This document shows positions 21,138-29,254 of a DNA stretch of 64,000 bases, piece after piece (the stretch's first letter is position 1; each line of letters starts with the position of its first letter). Origin of the DNA: an uncultured Acidobacteriota bacterium (lineage in GTDB: Bacteria > Acidobacteriota > Terriglobia > Acidiferrales > UBA7541); contig CAWAIG010000002.1 in the NCBI GenBank assembly GCA_963782135.1, positions 456,756 to 520,755 of the forward strand, read 5' to 3'. Made by a program: the position numbers and the translations under genes. The notes under the pieces were generated by a model that saw only the letters and a program-made list of their open reading frames with translations, did not search any database and was not told the origin of the DNA.

Positions 21138-22478
21138 ATGAAGGCACGCACTTTGGGTTGTGTAGTAGCAGAGGCACTGCTGGGAGTTGTGTTGTTTGGG
21201 AGCAGCGCAACACGCGTTGCAGGGCAGCAAGCAACTGGCAGTGGGCCTGCGACCATCGATATGACGCTGGCGAAGCCGGAAAGCGTGGGATTTTCTTCGG
21301 AGCGGTTGGAGCGGCTTCACGCGCTGATGCAGCAGGTGGTGGATCAGAAGCAGCTTCCTGGGGCGGTGACGCTGCTAGCGCGGCACGGCAAAGTTGTGGA
21401 CTATCGCACGTACGGAATGCGCGATGCGGCCAGCGGGGCGCCGATGACGCGCGACACGATTTTTCGCGCGTTTTCTATGACCAAGCCGATGACGGGCGTG
21501 GCCATGATGCTGCTCTACGAGGAGGGAAAGTGGCTGCCGTCGGATCCAATCTCGAAATACATTCCGGAATTTGCGCAATTGAAAGTGTGCAAAGGCGTGG
21601 ACGCGGCGGGAAACATGATTTTGGAGGATCCGGTTCATCCGCCAACCATGCAGGAATTGATGACGCACACGGCTGGCTTTGTGTATGGATTTTTCGGCAA
21701 CACGCCGGTGGACAAGGCGTATCAGAAGGCCGGTGTGATGCAGTCGAAGTCGCTGCGGGAGTTTATCGACAAGCTGGCCAAGATTCCTTTGGCGTACCAG
21801 CCGGGGACGAAGTGGGTCTACAGCGCTTCGATGGATATCCAGGGATACATCATTGAAAAGTTGTCGGGGCAAACGCTGCCCGATTTCATGCAGGATCATA
21901 TCTTCAAACCACTGGGGATGAAGGATACAGGCTTCGTTGTGCCCGCCGACAAGAGGGGGCGCTTCGTAACGATCTACCGCAGCAATGAAAAAGGCGAAGT
22001 GGTGCCGGCGCCGGGGTTCGGCGGCGACTACACCGAGCAACCGGGGATGCCCTCGGGAGGCGGCGGGACGGTGACCACGGCGGAAGATTACTTTCGGTTC
22101 GCGGAGATGCTGGCGAACGGAGGCGAGTTGAATGGTGTGCGGATACTAGCGCCGGCGTCGGTGCAATTGATGAGTACGAACCATCTGGCGCCAAATCTTT
22201 TGACGGGTGAGTTTGGGATTGGTGCGCAAGTGATGAGGCCGGGTTTGGGGTATGGATACGACTGCGCTGTCGAGTTCGACCCTGCAGGGGCCAACCTGCC
22301 CGATGGACGCGGTACGTATTTTTGGGACGGAGCGGCGGGCACGTGGTTCTGGATAGACCCGACGAATGATGTCGTGTTTATCGGAATGGTGCAGCGTGTG
22401 CTGGGACCAGACAGCCCTGCAGTGGAGTATCAGAGCCGGCCGGCGGTTTACCAGGCGCTTGTGAATCCGAAGAAGTAA
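21138..22478 (+). CDS. Serine hydrolase, beta-lactamase/class C family, exported
   Basis: FSMTKP (SxxK), LMTHTAG, YQPGTKWVYS, WDGAAGTWFWIDP. Confidence 0.9.
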   Translation: MKARTLGCVVAEALLGVVLFGSSATRVAGQQATGSGPATIDMTLAKPESVGFSSERLERLHALMQQVVDQKQLPGAVTLLARHGKVVDYRTYGMRDAASGAPMTRDTIFRAFSMTKPMTGVAMMLLYEEGKWLPSDPISKYIPEFAQLKVCKGVDAAGNMILEDPVHPPTMQELMTHTAGFVYGFFGNTPVDKAYQKAGVMQSKSLREFIDKLAKIPLAYQPGTKWVYSASMDIQGYIIEKLSGQTLPDFMQDHIFKPLGMKDTGFVVPADKRGRFVTIYRSNEKGEVVPAPGFGGDYTEQPGMPSGGGGTVTTAEDYFRFAEMLANGGELNGVRILAPASVQLMSTNHLAPNLLTGEFGIGAQVMRPGLGYGYDCAVEFDPAGANLPDGRGTYFWDGAAGTWFWIDPTNDVVFIGMVQRVLGPDSPAVEYQSRPAVYQALVNPKK

Positions 22479-22666
22479 CGAACACGCAAGGATGGCAGGG
22501 TGTGCGAGCCTGCCATGGAACGCGAGTGTTTTTGGCCGCCCGGAATTGATGCGAAGAACGGGGGAGACTGGATGCAGGCCGGGCGCGTCAGAGATTTGCT
22601 ACAGCGGTTTCTCTTTTCGCGAAAACTGGCGCGCCCGGAGAGACGTGAACTCCCGACCCCCCTGCT

Positions 22667-25600
22667 TCAGTGATTGATCGTCAGTGACAGTGGCAATGCG
22701 CGGTTTACTCCTCCGGAAGTACCAGTCACGGTGATCGTCGCAACCGTTGGGGGCTTTACGATAGGGCCGCCACTTCCGCCTCCACCGCAGCCGGTCAAGT
22801 AGCCAAGGCTCAAAATCAGAAGCGCCACAGCAGGAATCGCCAGTCGCTTCGTTTGCCTTCTATAGATTCCCATCCAAGCCAGCAGGAACATCAGCGCTAA
22901 CACGTAGACGAGTGGAATGCCAAAACGAATGGGCAAGCGTGGCACGCTTGTCGGCTCCAAGAGTGGTAGCGTTAACGCGTTTGCAGTGTTGTTGACTGTC
23001 ACCGTGAACGCGTAGGAGGACGATCCGTTCGGCGGCGCGGAAGTTGGCGAAACGGCGCAAGTCGAGGGTGCCGGTGCGCCGCTGCAAGAAAGCGCGACTG
23101 TGCCGTTGAAACCACTCACCGGCGAAATCTGAAGGTCGTAGGTGACAGTTTGACCAGCGCTGATGATTGAAGAAGTTGTGCAGTTTCCACCAGCGGGACA
23201 ATTTGCGCCCGCGGCCGCCGCGAGAGAGAAATCCGTTCCCGTGCCCGTTAATGAAACACTCTGCGGGCTTCCCGATATGTTATCGGTAATTGTGACGCTT
23301 GCGGCGCGGTTCCCGGTGGCGGCAGGTGTGAAAGTCACATTAATGGTGCATTTCGCTCCAACCGCCAGGTTCGAGTTGTTCGCGGGGCAGGTATTGGTCT
23401 GCGCGAAGTCGCCGCTGTTAGCGCCGCTGAGGGCGATACTCGAAATTGTCACGGGGGCGGTGCCGGTATTCGTGACTGTCACGCCCTGTGGTGCGCTCGT
23501 GGTGGTGATCAGCTGGTTTCCCAATGAGAGGCTTGCTGACGAGAGTGTCACAGCAGGCTGAACGCCCGTGCCTGAGAGAGTGACACCCTGGGGACTTCCC
23601 GCGGCGTTGTCGGTGATGGCGACGCTTGCAGCGCGGCTTCCTACCGCGATAGGTGTGAAAGTCACGTTGATGGCGCAGTTCGCTCCTGGCGCGAGCGTCG
23701 CTGGACTCGCCGGGCATGTATTGGTCTGCGCGAAATCGCCTTTATTAGCACCAGTCACGGCAATGCTCGTGATCGTGAGCGATCCGGTACCGGTGTTGGT
23801 CAGCGTAATCGTTTGAGGAGGCATGCTTGTCGTGCCAACGAGCTGATTGCCGAAATTGAGGCTCGCCGTGCCACCCAGGCTGACGATCGGAGCTGTGCCG
23901 GTACCTGTCAGCGATACGCTCTGAGGGTTGTTGGCAGCGTTATCCGTAATTGCCACTGAGGCGTTTCGCGGTCCGATGGCTGTCGGATCAAACGTCACGT
24001 TGATCTTGCAGTTCGACCCTGCCGCGAGCGTCGCTGGGCTCACGGGACAGGTGTTGGTCTGAGCAAAATCGCCGCTGTTCGCGCCGGTGACGGCGATACT
24101 CGTAATGGTCAGCGCCGCGTTGTCGGTGTTCGTTAAAGTCACTGCTTGCGGTGCGCTGGCGGTGCCCACGAGCTGAGCGCCGAACGGGAGGCTCGTAGCC
24201 GAGAGACCGACAGCGGGCGCAGCAGGCGTGCCTGTGCCAGTGAGTGAGACATTCTGTGGACTGCCGCTGGCATCATCGGTGACGGCAAGCGAAGCGTTTC
24301 GCGCACCAGTGGCTGTCGGATCAAACGTCACGTTGATCTTGCAGTTCGAACCGGCTGCGAGCGTCGCTGGGCTTTGCGGACACGGGTTAGTCTGCGTGAA
24401 ATCAGCGCTGTTCGCACCGGTGATGGCGATACTTGTAATCGCCAGTGGCGCGTTGCCGGTGTTGGTTAGAGTCACAATTTGCGGAGAGCTGGTGGTGCCA
24501 ACCGGTTGGGCGTTGAAGGTAAGGCTTGTCGTGTTTCCAAAACTGACCACAGGTGCGATGCCCGTGCCAGTGAGAGAGATCCCCTGCGGGTTGCCACTGG
24601 CGTTGTCTGTGATGGTGACGTTCGCCGCACGGCTTCCCGAGACCGTGGGCTTGAAAGTGACATTGATGGAGCAATTCGCTCCCGCATTCACGTTGGCGCC
24701 GCAGGTGTTTGTTTGAGAGAAGTCCCCAGAGTTCGCTCCCGTAATGGTGATGCTCGAAATGGTCAGAGGGGCTGAGCCAGAATTTGAGAGCATAACCACC
24801 TGTGGTGCGCTGCTGGTGCCAACGATCTGGCTGCCAAAGGCGAGGGTGGTTCCGCTCAGTGTCACGATAGGCGCAACACCGGTGCCGGTCAGGCCCACGA
24901 TCTGCGGGCTGCCAGGCAACGTGTCGGTGATGGTAACCGAGCCGTTCAGTGGTCCGGTGGCCGTGGGCTTAAACGTCACTGCGATTGTGCAGCCCTTCGC
25001 CGGAACCAGAGTGGCGGGACTGACCGGACAAGTATTGGTCTCGGCGAAATCGCCGCTGACAGTGACACCGATGGTCGTGGCAGTGCTGCCGTTGTTGCTC
25101 ACTTGGATCATTTGAACGGGACTGGTGCCGCCTACGAGCTGGTTACCAAACCCAAGGCTCGAAGGCGCAACCGCGATCGGCGGCGGCGTCTGATTCAAAA
25201 GGATGCTGACAAAGCCCTCGCTGTTATCTACCGCGGCTACGTCCGGGGCTCCATCTCCATTGAAGTCTCCGACAAGCACAGGATTGGATTGAGCGCCGGC
25301 GAGATAATCCTGCGGTCCTGTAAAGGTCCCATCGCCATTTCCCAGAAACACCTGCAACCCAGCCGGGGCGGCGCTGGGCCCAGTGAACTGCACGTTATCC
25401 CCTGCGGCAGTTCCCACAAGCAAATCCAAATTGCCGTCCAGATTGAAGTCAGCCGCCGCCAGCGAAATGGGCACTGGGTTCCCAATGTTCGCCTGGATGT
25501 CATTCAAAACGAGGGGCGTGTTGAAGGTGCCGTTTCCATTTCCAAGGAAAACGTCTATGGTTCCGAATTGATTGGCAACGGCCAGGTCCAACTTGCCATC

Positions 25601-27628
25601 TTTATTAAAATCCGCGATGACCGGCCAAGTGGAGCCTCCGCTCGATGTCAGAAACGTCGGCGCTTGAAACGTGCCATCTCCGTTTCCCAGCAGGATGGCA
25701 ACCTGCCCCGACGCGGCGCCCATATAGTCAGGCACCACGAGATCGAGTTTTCCGTCTCCATTCAAGTCTGCTACGGCCATCGCTCCCAAAAATCCATCCG
25801 TGGCAAGTGCCGCCGTGATCTTTGGAGCCTGAAATGTCCCGTCACCGTTACCGAGGAGAATGGCGACGTTGTTGCCAAGATTAACCGCGATATCCAACTT
25901 ACCGTCACCGTTAAAATCGGCGACGAGGGTAAGGCCTGGGCATCCCCCTCCCGTCGGAAAATTCGCCTGCGCACCGAAAGTCCCGTCGCCCTTGCCGAGC
26001 ATGACGATTACGCTGCGCGAACCGACGAACCCAGCCGAACTGCACATCACGACGTCCAGGTTTCCGTCATTGTTGAAGTCTCCGGTCGAAATGCCAGAGG
26101 CCGGTTGGGTCACTGGAGTGATGATCGCTGCTTGAAACGTGCCGTCACCCTTCCCTATCAAGACGCGAACGTCGTTCGAACCCGGATCCACTGCCACGAT
26201 GTCCAACTTACCGTCTTTGTTGACGTCAGCAAGAGTTGCGTCAGGCCCGGCTCCCAGGGCGTAATTCACCCCAGCCTGAAATGTGCCGTTTCCATTTCCT
26301 AAAGTCAGAGTCATGACGTGCGAATGCGCGTTACCCTGGACCCAGTCTGGGTTGCCATCACCGTTGAAATCCGCCACTGCGAACTGCCCGGCCTCTTGGT
26401 CCGTAGCCAAAAGTACTGGAGGTAAGAACGTTCCGTCTCCTTTGCCGATCAAGACGGCGACGCTGCTACTAGGGGCCGCGATGAAGGCTTCGCCAATCGA
26501 CGCGATGATGTCCAGTTTACCGTCTTTGTTGAAGTCGCCTACGGCAAGATAGCTGGTGGGTCCTGCCAACTCGCCGACGCTATAGCTCACCGCTGGTTGA
26601 AAATTGCCATCCCCTTTGCCAAGAAGGATGTCCACGGTCCCAGCGTTTGTGGTAGTCGCGGCGATATCAGGAATGCCGTCGCCGTTGAAATCCCCCACGG
26701 CAACGTCGTACCCACCGAAAGCAATGGGAAAGCTACGGGACGCCTGGAAGGTGCCATTGCCGTTCCCCAGGAGAACAACGACATGGTTGGTGTTTAGGTC
26801 TGCAAGGACGAGGTCAAGATTGTTGTCCTTGTTAAAATCCGCAGTCGCCATAAACGACGCGTTCGCAAGGCCAGTGACGGTGGTACTGATCGGCGCCTGC
26901 ATCGTGCCGTCCCCATTCCCCAGAAACACGACAACGCTGCTTGGCGTTCCTGTCCCTGGTTGGCTCTCGGAAACCGCCATGTCCAGTTTCCCATCGCCAT
27001 TGAAATCTCCGAGCGCTATCGCATTGGGAGTCGTGAATCCCGTTAGAGTGGTCTTCAGAGTGAACGTGCCGTCCCCATTGCCCAGGAGGATAAAGACAGC
27101 TGGCACAGTCAAGTTTGTGGGGAGGGCTCCGATAACCACGAGATCCTGCTTCCCGTCTCCGTTGATATCCCCCGCCGCAACGAAGTACGGCCCTCCTAGA
27201 TTTGCCGTGAAAAGTGGCGCCTGGAACGTGCCGTCCCCGTTGCCGCGCAAAATGGTGAGGCCACAGCTGTTACAGCCGTTGTTTGTCGCCGCGATGTCTT
27301 GCTTGGCGTCTCCGTTGAAGTCCGCGACGGCGACGGACCCAGGAGCTCCACCGCCAGGGTTCGCGATCACACTTGCAGTTAAAAAGATGTTCCCCGGCCC
27401 GTTCAGCGAAGTGGCATTCGCAAACACGCTCGGCTTGGATGAAACTCTTTGAGCGTCCTGGCCCGCTGCGCGCAGATTCAGCACGAGGAGGCTGGCCAAT
27501 AAAGCAAGGCCTGCCGCGCCGAGGCTGAACAGCATACGCTTCCGACGCAGGTTATGCTGCGCACGCCGGTTACTGGTTTGACGCATTCTAAAGAATTGAA
27601 AATGAGAAGGCTGCTGGTTCGCACTCAT
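22667..27628 (-). CDS. Large surface protein: ~14 FG-GAP repeats + 6 ASH/choice-of-anchor-D Ig-like repeats + C-terminal TM hairpin
   Basis: 14 D(F/I/V/L)NxDxxxD motifs; six repeats ending L(T/S)GTG; start chosen at ATG 27628 after GGGGGA. Confidence 0.85.
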   Translation of the reverse strand: MSANQQPSHFQFFRMRQTSNRRAQHNLRRKRMLFSLGAAGLALLASLLVLNLRAAGQDAQRVSSKPSVFANATSLNGPGNIFLTASVIANPGGGAPGSVAVADFNGDAKQDIAATNNGCNSCGLTILRGNGDGTFQAPLFTANLGGPYFVAAGDINGDGKQDLVVIGALPTNLTVPAVFILLGNGDGTFTLKTTLTGFTTPNAIALGDFNGDGKLDMAVSESQPGTGTPSSVVVFLGNGDGTMQAPISTTVTGLANASFMATADFNKDNNLDLVLADLNTNHVVVLLGNGNGTFQASRSFPIAFGGYDVAVGDFNGDGIPDIAATTTNAGTVDILLGKGDGNFQPAVSYSVGELAGPTSYLAVGDFNKDGKLDIIASIGEAFIAAPSSSVAVLIGKGDGTFLPPVLLATDQEAGQFAVADFNGDGNPDWVQGNAHSHVMTLTLGNGNGTFQAGVNYALGAGPDATLADVNKDGKLDIVAVDPGSNDVRVLIGKGDGTFQAAIITPVTQPASGISTGDFNNDGNLDVVMCSSAGFVGSRSVIVMLGKGDGTFGAQANFPTGGGCPGLTLVADFNGDGKLDIAVNLGNNVAILLGNGDGTFQAPKITAALATDGFLGAMAVADLNGDGKLDLVVPDYMGAASGQVAILLGNGDGTFQAPTFLTSSGGSTWPVIADFNKDGKLDLAVANQFGTIDVFLGNGNGTFNTPLVLNDIQANIGNPVPISLAAADFNLDGNLDLLVGTAAGDNVQFTGPSAAPAGLQVFLGNGDGTFTGPQDYLAGAQSNPVLVGDFNGDGAPDVAAVDNSEGFVSILLNQTPPPIAVAPSSLGFGNQLVGGTSPVQMIQVSNNGSTATTIGVTVSGDFAETNTCPVSPATLVPAKGCTIAVTFKPTATGPLNGSVTITDTLPGSPQIVGLTGTGVAPIVTLSGTTLAFGSQIVGTSSAPQVVMLSNSGSAPLTISSITITGANSGDFSQTNTCGANVNAGANCSINVTFKPTVSGSRAANVTITDNASGNPQGISLTGTGIAPVVSFGNTTSLTFNAQPVGTTSSPQIVTLTNTGNAPLAITSIAITGANSADFTQTNPCPQSPATLAAGSNCKINVTFDPTATGARNASLAVTDDASGSPQNVSLTGTGTPAAPAVGLSATSLPFGAQLVGTASAPQAVTLTNTDNAALTITSIAVTGANSGDFAQTNTCPVSPATLAAGSNCKINVTFDPTAIGPRNASVAITDNAANNPQSVSLTGTGTAPIVSLGGTASLNFGNQLVGTTSMPPQTITLTNTGTGSLTITSIAVTGANKGDFAQTNTCPASPATLAPGANCAINVTFTPIAVGSRAASVAITDNAAGSPQGVTLSGTGVQPAVTLSSASLSLGNQLITTTSAPQGVTVTNTGTAPVTISSIALSGANSGDFAQTNTCPANNSNLAVGAKCTINVTFTPAATGNRAASVTITDNISGSPQSVSLTGTGTDFSLAAAAGANCPAGGNCTTSSIISAGQTVTYDLQISPVSGFNGTVALSCSGAPAPSTCAVSPTSAPPNGSSSYAFTVTVNNTANALTLPLLEPTSVPRLPIRFGIPLVYVLALMFLLAWMGIYRRQTKRLAIPAVALLILSLGYLTGCGGGGSGGPIVKPPTVATITVTGTSGGVNRALPLSLTINH

Positions 27629-27720
27629 CGCTGTTCCCCCAAGCGCCGCCCCTTTGAATGGGGAGGGCACGGTGCATGACGCGGCCTGGCCGGGACTGGA
27701 GGCCGCTTTTACTGCGATGG

Positions 27721-27748
27721 AGTGTGAAAAAATCCTCAGTTGTATCAA
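27721..27748 (-). promoter_or_regulatory. Putative ECF promoter TTGATACA-N16-CACT for the FG-GAP gene
   Basis: Same motif recurs at 28459-28487 before the anti-sigma gene. Confidence 0.55.
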
Positions 27749-27889
27749 CGAAGTGAGAGCAAATGGCCGGCCCCGGCCCCCGAAGACCGGGGGGAACTTC
27801 CCTGCGGCGCGGTTTCTGGGGTAGTTTCAGGGGTACAATCTTGCTGTCCAGCCACGATAGTAGGGGAGAAATCCAGAACAACGGAGCAG

Positions 27890-28478
27890 ATGGTGTCTGT
27901 CCTGACCGATTCGGATCTCAGTCACCAACATCCAAAGTGGGCAGACGGAGGCGGAAGCCGCGCTGTATGAAAAGTACGCGGCGAAGGTCTATTACGTCGC
28001 GCTACGCGAATCGCGTTTGCCGCATGACGCTGAGGATGTTCGCGCCGAAACTTTCTTGCGAGTATTGCAAGCCATCAGAGGGAAGAGCTTGCGCTCACCC
28101 GATGCTTTGTCATCTTTTATCCTGGGAACAACCCGCAATGTCCTGCATGAACTTTTTCAGAGGAGAAAACAAGCCGGCAAAACGAAGGAGCCCGAGGCGG
28201 CAGACTTATCGACTCCCTCTCACGAAGAGCAATTTCTGGATTCAGAAGTTCAACGCGCCATTGAGCGCACCATAGTGCGATTGAAGCCCAGAGAGAGGGA
28301 CTTGCTGCGCATGCACTTTTACGAAGAGCTGCCAACTCAGGAGATTGCCCGACGCTCAGGGATTGCCCCGGAGCGCGTGCGATTGGTCAAGTCTCGGGCG
28401 CTGAAGCATTTTCGGGAGTTTTACTGGCGCCTGGATCGAGCAACGGCGCCAAAAAAGATTGATACACAAAGGAGGTGA
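27890..28478 (+). CDS. ECF sigma factor (one apparent extra base near 27920)
   Basis: DAEDVRAETFLRV (region 2), LKPRERDLLRMHFYEELPTQEIA...KSRALK (region 4); removing A27920 gives a continuous MVSVLTDSDLVTNIQSGQTEAEAALYEKY. Confidence 0.85.
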
Positions 28479-28487
28479 GGAATCACT
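28459..28487 (+). promoter_or_regulatory. Putative ECF promoter TTGATACA-N17-CACT, 5 nt before the anti-sigma ATG
   Basis: Motif shared with 27721-27748; spacing suggests a leaderless transcript. Confidence 0.5.
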
Positions 28488-28492
28488 TGGTT

Positions 28493-29236
28493 ATGATGCA
28501 CCCCCGGATCGAAGACGAAGAGATCATTGAGCGTTACGTTCGCAACCAGCTCGCGGAGGAGGAGCGCAAGGCCTTCGAGGAACACTTTTTTGGCTGCGAT
28601 GATTGTTTCGACAAGTTGCAGATCGCCGAGCGATTCGTCGCCGGTGTGCGCGATGCCGCCAGCCGCGGCCTGCTGGCCGGAGAAGTCGAAGGCGCCAGCC
28701 GCGAATCTAGTTGGAGGGGCTGGCTGGTTCCTGCGTTCGGAGTAAGCGCATGCGCGGCGCTGGTGCTCGCTGCGTTCAGCGGCTGGCTGTACTTTTCTCA
28801 AATGCCGAAATTGCGCGAACAGGTCAGCCAGTCCGCGGAAGATCTGCGCACTCAACAGGCAGCTCGTGCCGCGCTCGAGCACCAAATAGCGAGCAGCATT
28901 CAAGCCGAAGCAAATCTGCCTCTCGTGATGCTTCAGGCCACGCGTGATGTGCAAGCAGCTCCCAACGAAGTAAGTATTCCCTCAGGAGCAAAACACCTAG
29001 TCCTATGGGTTGAAGTGCCTGCGGGAAAATCCAACAGTTTTCGACTACAGGTGGACACCGCGGACAATCGCCCGGTCGAGACCATGGGCAACTTGCAACG
29101 CAACAGCTATGGAGCGCTGGCCGTCAGCCTTCCCGTGGGAGCATTGCAACCGGGAGACTATCGGATTAAACTCACGGCCGAACCACCCTCCGCGTCTCTC
29201 TTGGCAGAATACAGGTTGAGAATCCGCAAGCCCTAG
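28493..29236 (+). CDS. zf-HC2 transmembrane anti-sigma factor
   Basis: FEEHFFGCDDC (HxxxCxxC), one TM segment, coiled coil, beta-rich C-terminal domain; follows the ECF sigma. Confidence 0.85.
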   Translation: MMHPRIEDEEIIERYVRNQLAEEERKAFEEHFFGCDDCFDKLQIAERFVAGVRDAASRGLLAGEVEGASRESSWRGWLVPAFGVSACAALVLAAFSGWLYFSQMPKLREQVSQSAEDLRTQQAARAALEHQIASSIQAEANLPLVMLQATRDVQAAPNEVSIPSGAKHLVLWVEVPAGKSNSFRLQVDTADNRPVETMGNLQRNSYGALAVSLPVGALQPGDYRIKLTAEPPSASLLAEYRLRIRKP

Positions 29237-29254
29237 AGAACGCGGAAACGCAAC

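Noticed and set aside
21138-22478. Antibiotic-resistance beta-lactamase
   Set aside because: Motifs fit the broad esterase/serine hydrolase family; resistance cannot be inferred.
25103-27452. Long + strand ORFs (399 aa, 282 aa) opposite the FG-GAP gene
   Set aside because: Shadows of a repetitive GC-rich coding strand.
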